This document shows positions 11,190 through 21,600 of a DNA stretch of 32,575 nucleotides, one piece after another (position 1 is the first letter of the stretch; the number at the start of each line of letters is the position of its first letter). The stretch is from Nemertoderma westbladi. Lineage: Eukaryota > Animalia > Xenacoelomorpha. The position numbers were made by a program, and so were the translations under genes. The stretch is from NCBI GenBank assembly GCA_032718475.1, contig JAUCBJ010007684.1:1-32575 (forward strand), read 5' to 3'. The notes beneath the pieces are model-generated. The model made no database searches, was not told where the DNA came from, and was given only the letters and a program-made list of their open reading frames with translations.

Positions 11190-13615
11190 TAACAGTGATA
11201 TTCATGGGCACCCCACCACAACCAACTAATGACGAGAGGGGGGGGGGGGGGGGGGGCAGAGAATGCCCCAAGAGAGTCGGCAGATAATGCGCGCAGTGAG
11301 TTAAGTGAACCGTGGCACCAGATGGCGGACGAAAGGGGGAGGGGGTGGGGTGGCAGAGAATGCCCCACAAGGGTCGACAGATAATGCACGCAGTCAGTTA
11401 GTGAACCGTGGCACCCGCGACGGAGGAGGGGCAGAGAATGTCCCATGAGCATCGGCAGATAATGTGCGCAGTGAGTTAAGTGGACCGTGGAACCTGACGA
11501 CAGAGGATATTAGGAGGACTGCGAATATCCGTGGGGCCGTCCAACCAGGCAGAGACCATAAGCGGCCAAACGAGGAAACGTCGAGCCCACTTGGAAGACG
11601 GAAGAAGAACAGTGGAGTTCATCCCGGAGGTCGAAATGTGATCTCATGAGGGATGATTACACTGAAGTCAAAAGAAGCGAGGAGGGACGAGGAAGCATTG
11701 CTACTGGCAACCAGAGAGGAAGGACAGACAGTGAAGCGTCAATAGTCGAGGTGGAGAAGGAGAGCCGGTGGGGTCGTACTCTGGGAGATTGCTGTCGCCC
11801 CCGGAGAAACACAACCTGGCGAAATATACCACACACTGGGAGAGGGGTACAGAGTGTACTGATACGAGGAAGAAGATAGGAGAGGGGATCGGAGAGAAAC
11901 TTCCCGTCGGAACATAGCTGCCGATCAAGAATATGGTGGTTGCGGGTAGGACTTCTCGGAATATTCGAGAAGATTAAACTTCGATCCGGAAGGACATAGG
12001 CAGACTGCAGGATATACTGTAGGCCTTACTGGAGTGCCTTAAATATCTACAAGTCTATACAGGGGGGCCAGCATACGACATCGTGAGGCAATACCAAGGT
12101 ATTGAAGGAGGATTCACGACTGCATGGCGAGCCCTGGACAGGGAATTCTGCCATCCTGTGAAGATTATCCGACAAACCTTAAGGGGAATAACATCAGGCG
12201 GACTCGCAGACAACCCTGTTAGCATCAAAACTTTTGCTAACAAAGTAGAAAAGGCGCTAATAGTATTAAAGACTCTGTATGCACCCTACGAACTCAATGC
12301 ATCAAACAACATCACCACGATAGCACAGGCACTACCAATCTGGCTGAGAAATAAGTGGAGGAAGATTGCTTTATCCACTCGAGAAAAGAAAGGTGCGGAG
12401 CCAGGGTTGGAGGAGATGTCGAACTTCCTTAACTACGAGGCGGAGTTAACAACGGTTCCAGTCTATAGTGAGGACAGTCTCGGTAAAGTACCGAAAGCGG
12501 AATGTAGCTGACCTAAACCAGAACATAGTTTGGCGGATGCATTTCCGAAAGTGAGACAGTCGCTACCGCATGCGGCCATGCAGGGGACTTCTAGTCCACA
12601 AGGAGCTGGGAGTAGAGCCACACCGTGGCAGGGACAGAAGCAAAGCAACAACACAAACAAATACAAACCCAATACCCCCAGTAGGCTGAGTCCAAGTAAC
12701 CAAAACACTAAACTGCTAGATATGAATCTACGCGCAATACGTGAAGCGCTAAACAAAGAACGCTACAATCCCAATTACAAATGTCAATTGCATAGAAACA
12801 GAACCCATAAGACCATAAACTGCAAGCATTGGCAGGCGTTGCTTAAACAAGATCCAGTAGCTGGTAAGAATTGACTATGTCATCGATGCGCGGTAGGAGG
12901 ACACAGGTATGCCGAGTGCCAGGAACCGCCAGCAAAATATGCCCAGAGTGATGGGACTGGAGGCCAGGCGGTGGCGACAAGCACCATGGGAGCGAAGAAA
13001 AGGGGAACGGTACTACTCAGAGTGGTACCAGTGAGGATAATAGGGGAGGATGAGCTATCGGTTACGATGCTAATGCTGGTCGATAGTGGAGCAGCGTTCA
13101 CGCTAGCGGAAAGTTGGGTGGCCAAAAAGATAGGGTCACAGACAAGGCCAAGCAAGATGGTGGTAACCACTATCTCCAGTAAGGACGAGGTCATGAGAAT
13201 GAGATGCGTTGCGAGATAGCAGCGATAACACCAGGGTGCGATTATGGGGCTACCATCGAACCCATTCAGATAATAGAATCAATCAATATTAACGCCAGAT
13301 GACCCACATAGATTGAGGTCGAGCAATAACGGTACCTGGACAACATCGATTTCTCCGTGCCCGAGCTGGACATACCGATAGTATCTTTCATAGTCAGCAT
13401 GGATTGTCCGACAGCCCACGAGAGACTACAGACCGTTTTCGGCAAGGATAGGGAGCGAGTCCCGGTGGCGATTCTCACGCCATTCTGATGGACGCTCAGT
13501 GGCCCAATTAAGACCAGAATCCCGTATAGCGTGTCGGAATCCTCAGGGTGCATGTTCGCGGGGACAAAGAGGGAAATGGAGGACAAAGGAGCAGAGGAAC
13601 AAGTCAAGAGGCTAT
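11190..13615 (+). mobile_element. BEL/Pao LTR retrotransposon gag-protease region, degraded by stops and frameshifts
   Basis: DUF1759-like gag (YLQVYTGGPAYDIV...AWRALDREF...LPIWLRNKW...MSNFL), Cys/His knuckles including CHRCAVGGHRYAEC (CX2CX4HX4C, ~12878-12920), aspartic protease VLLRVVPV...LVDSGA, and PVAILTPF*WTLSGP. Confidence 0.9.
11255..11495 (+). repeat. Three ~85-100-bp repeats at the 5' end of the Pao fragment
   Basis: GCAGAGAATG.CCC...CAGATAATG..CGCAGT.AGTTA.GTG.ACCGTGG three times; copy 1 reads AENAPRESADNARSELSEPW. Confidence 0.85.
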
Positions 13616-13869
13616 AATTTACAGCCATATTTACTTTATAAATTGTATGAGCCTTGTCCTTCTGAGTTGGTTTCCGCAATTTTTAAGCAGGGTGGCACTT
13701 CATAAATCCTTCAAACCAATGGTACAGATGAGTTGTTGTTTTCAAATACCAGTTTAGAATATTTTCGTTTTTGGACAGTGGAGATATCTATGCAGCATGC
13801 ATACAACTGCACAATAGTTGGACTTAAATGGTAACCCCCCACAGCAACATAGTCAACATATGATGCCAA

Positions 13870-13904
13870 GACGTTTCGACCTTACTTGGTCTCATCAGCG
13901 TGGT
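13870..13904 (-). ncRNA. Hammerhead motif copy 1, 3' side replaced
   Basis: ACCACG-CTGATGA-GACC AAGTAA GGTC-GAAA-CG-TC followed by TTGGCA, which cannot pair with ACCACG. Confidence 0.65.
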
Positions 13905-14089
13905 GTCGGATTCGAACCTGGGACCTCGAGGAGGAAGCCGAGACTACAACCACTAGGCCACAGGTTCTTGAGATATGGAGTATTAATTTCAAAGCCAGCT
14001 GCCATTTTATTAGCCCATGATTTTTGTATGTTTTAAAATTGTAGGACTAATCCCATCACATGCGTACTTTTTAACCGGGTAGTGTACAA

Positions 14090-15633
14090 TGTGATGGGAT
14101 CAGGGGATCCCGACCAGTTAGGTTTATTTACGCGTCAGCTGCACCGTGTAGTTTGAGTTTGTTATTGTTCCAATATTCTTAATAGATGTATAAAATATAG
14201 TGTACGATGTAAGTATAATAGCAGATAGCACAGTTGACCGGTATGTGTGATATAATCGGCGACGGCAGTGACGGTCTTAAAGTGTCACCGTACTGCCCTA
14301 AGTGACTGAGTAAACTGAATTGTGATGGGCACTTGCACCATTCTTGTTTATTATTGTGGTTGACTATGTTCTACGCATGTCCTTAGATCATCATAATGAT
14401 GATGGAGTGATGATAACTCCACCTACTGGCTCCAGAAGTCGAGGAAATCCTGCCAAGTACCTAACTGATCTAGACTTTGCTGATTACTTAGGAGTACTCT
14501 CAGAATCATTAGAGGGAGCCCAACGGCTCCTCAGCTCATTAGAACATGCTGCTTCTAGTGTTGGTCTTTTTATTAACTCCAGAAAGACCAAAATTCTGAC
14601 AGTTAACTTTGAAAGTCCTCAGCAAGTCTCTGATCGGATGAGCATAAGCTCAAAGGATGGTATGCTTGAGCATGTGGACGACTTCTGTTACCTGGGATCA
14701 TGGATCCGGAAGTCAGGTGAGGACCTTCGAATACGTAAGGGAAAGGCATGGGCAGCCTTGAATAGGCTTTCCAGGATTTGGAAGTCACCGAGAATTAATC
14801 GGAAACTTAAGGTCCGATTATTTAGAGCAGCAGTAGTTCCAGAACTCCTCTACGGGAGTCCATGCTGGGCTCTAACTGCTGAGGACACCAAATCTCTGGA
14901 TGGCACATTCACAAGAATGCTACGCCGGGTTCATTGTGTCAAGTACAATGCACACATCTCCAACCAGACACTATATAACATTGGAGGTGTCTCATTGGTT
15001 CCCCCAAGCTTGACACTAGAACAAAATCGCCTCCGGTTTGCAGGACATTGCTTTCGCCGTGAGGACCAGCCAGTGCATAATCTTGTACTTTGGCAGCCTT
15101 ATGGAGTGAATAAGCATGGTGGACAGCCCATGACTTTCTTGAGACGCATCTTAAAGGACACTGGCCTTAAAGATGCGGATGATCTAGCAAATGTCATGGG
15201 TGATAGGGAGTTGTGGCGGTGCAATTTTGTTGACAAGCCGGCACAGCATTCTTAAAAATGCAGCTGCAATGCAGCATGCCGATCCTAGTAGTAGTAGTGA
15301 TGGGCACTGACCGGTAATAAATACATTGGTTAGCTACATTACTTATGGCCATTGTACCTAGCGGATGCATTTCCTGGCTCTGATTGGCCAATAACCTAAT
15401 TCTTGCCTCCACCTCTGTGGGAGTGTTTCCCCCCACCCAGCTGCTGTCACTTTCCTCTCCCGGAGGTTTAACCTCTGACCTCCCTTTGTGTGGCCCTTCG
15501 GGGTTTGTTGTTCCCATTTATCGGGTGTGTGATACGAGGTTAATTGGGGATTAACCTCGTATCCCCAATATGGCTTAAAGGCGCCACTTCCCACTTTATG
15601 GGGTTTGGTGAGGCGGAATTGAATCCGCTCACA
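14090..15633. mobile_element. Solo LTR (~570 bp after removing the nested LINE) with 5-bp TSD
   Basis: Termini TGTGA...TCACA; TACAA duplicated at 14085-14089 and 15634-15638; removal restores the array unit GTAGTGTACAAATTTTAGG; AATAAA at ~15316. Confidence 0.85.
14334..15296 (+). mobile_element. 5'-truncated RTE-clade LINE (RT C-terminal half)
   Basis: APFLFIIVVDYVLR, LTDLDFADY (FADD mutated), DDFCYLGSWI, RLRFAGHCFRR; (TAG)n tail 15286-15296; 12-bp TSD GTGATGGGCACT at 14322-14333 and 15297-15308. Confidence 0.93.
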
Positions 15634-15690
15634 TACAAATTTTAGGAATTGCATAATTTTTCTTGAAATTAATATCTCATATCTCTCTAA

Positions 15691-15733
15691 ACCACGTACG
15701 CGTTTCGACCTTACTGGGTCTCATCAGCGTGGT
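15691..15733 (-). ncRNA. Minimal type I hammerhead ribozyme, intact (copy 2)
   Basis: ACCACG-CTGATGA-GACC CAGTAA GGTC-GAAA-CGCG-TA-CGTGGT: 6-bp stem I, 4-bp stem II, palindromic stem III, predicted cleavage after GUA between 15697 and 15696. Confidence 0.9.
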
Positions 15734-16101
15734 GTCGGATTCGAACCTGGGACCTCGAGGAGGAAGACGAGACTACAACCACTAGGCCGCAGGTTCCTGA
15801 GATATGGAGTATTAATTTCAAAGCCAGCTGCCATTTTATTAGCCCCTGATTTTTGATTATTGATAGTAACAATATGTTGCCAAGCTGTATTTATCGAGGT
15901 GTTTGTTATTATACATTTATTATAGGAAGGGATCTAGGGGTCTTAACCTCGAATGATAAGTTTATTTTACCGAAAATAACTTTTCTTTTATTGGCGCAAT
16001 TGTAGGACTAATCCCATCACATGCATACTTTTTAACCAGGTAGTGTACAAATTTTAGGAATTGCGTAATTTTCTTGAAATTAATATCTCATATCTCTCCA
16101 A

Positions 16102-16144
16102 ACCACGTATGCATTTCGACCTTACTGGGTCTCATCAGCGTGGT
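16102..16144 (-). ncRNA. Minimal type I hammerhead ribozyme (copy 3)
   Basis: Same core and stems I/II; stem III is GAAA-TGCA-TA, still palindromic; cleavage triplet AUA. Confidence 0.8.
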
Positions 16145-16511
16145 GTCGGATTCGAACCTGGGACCTCGAGGAGGAAGCCGAGACTACAACCACTAGACCA
16201 CAGGTTCTTGAGATATGGAGTATTAATTTCAAAGCCAGCTGCCATTTTATTAGCCCATGATTTTTTATTATTGATAGTAACAATGTGTTGGCAAGCTGTA
16301 TTTCTCAAGGTGTTTGTTATTATACATTTATTATAGGAAGGGATCTAGGGGTCTAACTCGAATGATAAGTTTATTTTACCGAAAATAACTTATCTTTTAT
16401 TGGCACAATTGTAGGAGTAATCCCATCACATGCGTACTTTTTAACCAGGTAGAGTACAAATTTTAGGAATCGCGTAATTTTTCTTGAAATTAATATCTCA
16501 TATCTCTCCAA

Positions 16512-16554
16512 ACCACGTATGCGTTTCGACCTTACTGTGTCTCATTAGCATGGT
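16512..16554 (-). ncRNA. Degenerate hammerhead (copy 4), probably inactive
   Basis: Core reads CTAATGA instead of CTGATGA; substitutions in stems I, II and III. Confidence 0.7.
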
Positions 16555-16675
16555 GTCGGATTCGACCCTGGGACCTTGAGGGGGAAGCCGAGACTACAAC
16601 CACTAGGCCACAGGTTCTTGAGATATGGAGTATTAATTTCAAAGCCAGCTGCCATTTTATTAGCCCCTGATTTTT

Positions 16676-17137
16676 CAGATTGGATCCCACCATATCTACT
16701 GAACGATTATTCATCAACTTCAGTGCTATGATATCGTGTTTATAGAATACCTCAGTTTGACCGCGAGACATCAAATTATCACCAATAAAGTTAGGCAAAT
16801 TAACTCGATTTGTTTGAATGGTACCTAAGGAGTAGATGCCACGCTCGAATAGCGTTTGAACTAACTTTACAGAGTTGAAAAAGTTATCAAAGTATACCCA
16901 GGCATATGTGCCTTCCAGCTGTGCAGTTAGCCTGAGAATAACAGCTTCTCCCAATCCATGTTCAGAAGAATCCTTCGCACCTAAATATATCTCAATAACA
17001 TATATATACCCAGACTTGCTATCTGCCCGTATCCATAGCTTGAAGCCCCACTTGATAGGTTTCTTTTTAACGTATTGTTTCATTAGAGAACGCCCTTTGA
17101 ATTTACACATGTGTTCATCAACACATGTCCTTCTGTA
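16676..17137 (-). mobile_element. piggyBac transposase fragment (DDE_Tnp_1_7-like)
   Basis: VDEHMCKFKGRSLMKQYVKKKPIKWGFKLW...VYFDNFFNS...GIYSLGTI includes the first two catalytic Asp motifs; truncated at the hammerhead array. Confidence 0.95.
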
Positions 17138-17864
17138 CTAGGGGGGCGACTTACATGGGGATGGATGAAGCACTGTACCAATGGGACTCATATATATCTC
17201 AGGACAAGGGTAGCGAAAATACCGACAGACAATGGTAGCAAAAATACCAACAAGGACTACTCACTGCCACTTATACACCCAAACGACAGGCATGGATTTG
17301 AACCATTTTATACCAATGTATCAAGCGACAAATGCCCACTGACACTAGAATTATTATGAATTCTATGCCACTCACCTCCGACTCACAGAATAACACAAAA
17401 TTTAATAGATAACAATCCACATTACTTCTAGACAAGGTACATTCCTGTTATAAGGTAACCTGCTCCTTTCCGTTAGCTAAGTGTTAAGAAATCTAGTTTC
17501 GTTTATTGTTTTGGTTAGAAAACACCGCCACTGTAGTCTGTAACCTGTTCCTTTTGCAACAGGTACGCATATGAATGGTAATCCACAACCTTAACGTTTT
17601 ATGTTTTAATTATTCCAGTATTCTGATAGTATAAATTTACTGGTGTACTGTTTCGAGTTTATGTTTAAGACTACGCTACTCCAATTTACCATGGCAACAC
17701 AATCGTCACTGGCGATAAGAAAGAATTCCAACGTTCAAGTGCATGTGGCTCGCTTATTATCACCGGCTTATTCATGTGCATCTCTCACTTTAGTTCAGGA
17801 CACTGGTGGCATTATCTCTAAATCCCGATTAAATGCACAGATACTGCATATCACGAAACCTTAA

Positions 17865-18190
17865 TATTATCATTATAATTTCATTATTTTATTATTATGA
17901 TAGATTTCATTATCGGTGGACGAAAAACCGCTGACAACACAATCTTGGATGTTATCTGTAAGGCAATGCGGGCGCCACTCTAACTCCAACGGTGGAATAC
18001 TCCGCAACCATTCTTTACCTTTCTTTCTTTACCTTCTTTTAACCTTTCTTTACTCACCCAGTAGAAGCCAATGTTCGCTGGGTGGGCGCGGTGCACCTAT
18101 TATGTAGTGACAGCATGCTGGGCGATGACGGATCAAACCTGGGATCTCCAAGACAGATGCGGAAGGAGTAACCACTTCATTGGCACATCT
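17865..18190 (-). mobile_element. Old tRNA-derived SINE
   Basis: Minus strand has degenerate A box ...AAGTGGTTA, B-box-like CCCAGGTTTGATCC (~18130-18143), a GC-richer body and an (AAT)-rich tail at ~17865-17900. Confidence 0.5.
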
Positions 18191-18339
18191 GGTTGGCTAT
18201 TTTATGCTGCTGCTGATAAGGGAATGTACTGTACATGTCAACGTCTGTGTGGCTTAATTACAAGGGCATTATAAACAAATATACAATAATAAAGGTAACA
18301 GGCCAATACTAATACTGCCTAACTGTTCCACTGGTCTGC

Positions 18340-18640
18340 TACTGCATTTGTTCTAGCACCCAGGGCCTCCCCAAAGCGTTAGTGTGTTTGGAAAGGTAAT
18401 GTTCACCCTCAGCCACGGTTGGTAATAAACCTGCTCGAATAAATGCAGTTTTTAAATTTGGCATGCAAAATACATCCATCTCTGTTTCAAACCTTCCCAT
18501 ACTTAAGATTAGATGTATGGCAAACTTTCATCTCAAACTTCTGGATTATCTGGTTTGATGGTACCAATGCAGGGGACTGGTAATTTGAGGGGATATTTGC
18601 AGTTCTTTTAAACCAGTTTATTGTGGAGGTTATCATCTAA
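18340..18640 (-). pseudogene. Degraded coding fragment, possibly from a Helitron-like/PIF1-helicase element
   Basis: Frameshifted reading LPVPCIGTIKPDNPE / KFAIHLILSMGRFETEMDVFCMPNLKTAFIRAGLLP...WVLEQ; family guess is from recollected similarity only. Confidence 0.3.
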
Positions 18641-18644
18641 TGCA

Positions 18645-21600
18645 ATAGACAGATAGATTTATTTATACATTATGTAAAAACAATAACAAATACACCAAAC
18701 AATGTACCGGTATAAAGGTATTGTCCAACATAACATTAGGATTACCCCTAAAGCTTTGCAGCTTATTTTCAAGGGGGTCCTTTATGTTACTTGGTTACAA
18801 ATACAATATTACACTACGCTAACCTAAAACCAATATAAAACGTAATTACACTATGTACATGTACAACTTTACCGAGAGCGTGACAATGCCCGACTCAACG
18901 ATAAAGATGTAATGTACAGAACAATTTATTATAAAACGTAATTACAGTATAAATAGTAAATAATTAATAAACTAATAACTTACTGTAGGACTATTGTACC
19001 TATTTTTACATTGCACACGGAGATGAGATTTAACTGCAGATTTAAAAGAATGTTGATTATTTAGGTTTTTAATTTCATTAGGCAGAGCGTTCCAATTTTT
19101 TATGCCGTTAAAAAAGAAAGTATCAGATTCAAAGGATTTACAATTCGGGAGGTAGAAGTTTGAAGCACTAGCTCTGGTGTGTATCGCGTACTCTGTTGAA
19201 TTTTTGTTTTAGGTAATTGGGACATTTACCATTATACACTTTATGCACATGGTTAAGGCGTAGCTGCTTAACTCTACTATCTAAGTTAAGTAGTCCAGAT
19301 TCAGAAAAGTCATCTGGAGTTAGGTGGTGCCTAGGTTTGTAGTCTTTAATAAATCGTACTACTTTATTCTGAGCTACTTGTAATTTACATTTAAGCTGTT
19401 TGGTTAAGCCTTCATACCAAGAAGAGCATGCATAGTCCATGTGACACTGTATTAAAGAAGAGCAAAGTAACTTGCGGGAGTCGGTGTTCAAACTATTTTT
19501 ATTTCTGTATAGAAACCTAAGCCTACTGTTAACTTTCGAGAAAATATTTTTCACTGTACTTTCTCCTGATAAGCAGTTATCCAATGTGGCGCCTAAATAT
19601 TTAACTTCCTTTTTATTTTCAATCTTATGTCCATTACTAGTGACTTCAAACTTAGTTACCTTCTTTAACTTTCTTTTGGAACCAAACAAAATACTTTCAG
19701 TTTTACCGTAGTGAATGGATAGCTTATTATCAACCAACCACTCATTACAGGATTCTAGAACTGCACTTAACTTTTGGGAAATATGGATAGGATCTTTATG
19801 ACAGAAAATAAGAGCACTGTCGTCGGCATATAAAAATGAGTTTAAAATCGGGATCTATACTACTTATCATATCATTTACATAGCATACAAAAAGCAGAGG
19901 ACCTAATATACTACCTTGCGGTACACCACAGGTAATCTCTTGTACTGTACAGTAGACAGCGATTTGCTAATGACTACAGTTTGACCTCTGTCTGACAGGT
20001 AGGACTTGAACCAGTCTATAGAACCTACACCCATCAGGCCTAACTTACCAAGCAGAATTTCGTGATCTACAGTATCGAAAGCCTTTTGTAGGTCCAACAT
20101 TACCATACCAGTATATAAACCCTTTGCGTTATTACATCTAATTGTATCAGTTAAGTTAATAAGGCAGGTGTCTGTAGAATATGATTTACGAAAACCGGAC
20201 TGAAGTTCATAGATCAGATTTAGCCTACTAAGATGTGCCTCCAGCTGTAGAAAAACAGAACGTTCTAGAATTTTAGATACAATACTTAAGATACTAACAG
20301 GTCTGTAATTACAGGGTTCTACTTTACTCTTCTTTTTATACAGAGGAACAACCTTAGCTAATTTCAGTTCGTCTGGTACTACATTATCTACGATAGAGTA
20401 ATTAATAATAAAAGTAATAGGCACTTTAAGTACTTCAGCACCATCCTTAAGAAAACGGGCAGGTATTAGATCTAGACCGGTACTTTTTGAGGCTGATAGG
20501 CTAAGTAGATTTTTAAAAACGAAATCCTCAGAAACGGGTTTTAAAAATAACTTTTCTGAATTTTGTAACTTTTCTAAATAAAAATTATTTAGAGTTTCGG
20601 ACCCTATACTATATTTATTACTTGATAACGGTAATTTCTTAACTAAATTAGAGGCAACATTAGTAAAATAATTATTAAATAAATTACTAACTAGAGTATG
20701 ATCATGAATCAGCTCACCGTTATGTTGCAGAACAATATTCGATTTAGATTTAAGGTTTTTTTAACCTAAAGATTTTAGGGTAGACCATAGACTTTTTGGA
20801 TTATCTTTATTCTCACTTATTTTGTTGTACAAATATTCAGATTTCGCTTTTTTTATTTCCCGTTGGACAAGGTTTCTATATTTGCAGTAATTATTATAAT
20901 CAGCTAAAACACGGTATTTCCTAAATTTATACAAATAGTTATCTCTTTCTCTGATATTACTAAGAATACCCGAGGTCATCCAGGGCTCAGTGCGTTGTTT
21001 AAGACTAATTTCTTTAATTGGTGCTACAGTATTAAGTGCCTTGTAAAATATATCTTTAAAAACAGTGTACGCAAGGTTAATGTCAGCGGCCTTAAAACAG
21101 GGTTCCCAGTCAGAATTAACTAACAAACTTAAAAAGCGTTCCTTGCTGTAATTTTTCATAGACCTAACTGTTACTGTTTTATGATCCCCGAAAAAAGATT
21201 TGTGTGTCTTTCTTGTGCAAAAAACTATAAAATGATCGCTTAGACCTATAGGTAAAACCCCAGATTGAGAAATAATATCGGTATTATTACAAAGGATGTG
21301 ATCTAGTAAAGTAGAAGTTTTACTGGTAATTCTGGTAGAATCTCGAATAATTTGTTTTAAACCAAACAAATTTAAAATACTTTGGTACTGTTTACAGATG
21401 GGGGATGCTTTGTGATGGTAACAGATATTAAAATCACCTAAGAAATATATTTCACAGTCTGACCTAAGATTACATAAAATTGTATTTTCAAAATTTTGCA
21501 AAAAATCTGATTGTTTAGGGGGCCGATATAAAGTACCGATTAAAATAGGTTTAGTTTTAGGAAGTAAAAGTTCCACCAGTAAAACTTCGTCACAAGTCTC

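Larger units (their letters stand above)
13870..16675 (-). mobile_element. Tandem ~410-bp tRNA-SINE/hammerhead (retrozyme-like) array with four hammerhead motifs, interrupted by a solo LTR
   Basis: Motifs at 13870, 15691, 16102, 16512 (periods 411 and 410 in the uninterrupted part). Each has a minus-strand A box (consensus TGGCCTAGTGG) and B box GTTCGAATCC (GTCGAATCC in copy 4) immediately upstream of the hammerhead. Confidence 0.9.

Noticed and set aside
15734-15795. Functional tRNA genes in the 410-bp units
   Set aside because: A and B boxes are present but I could not fold a full cloverleaf; treated as SINE-type heads
16532-16675. C-terminal part of ORF 16532..17110 as piggyBac protein
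   Set aside because: It is read-through into the hammerhead repeat unit
17140-17445. Coding-looking segment next to the piggyBac fragment
   Set aside because: The forward frames I translated contain stops and no recognisable motif
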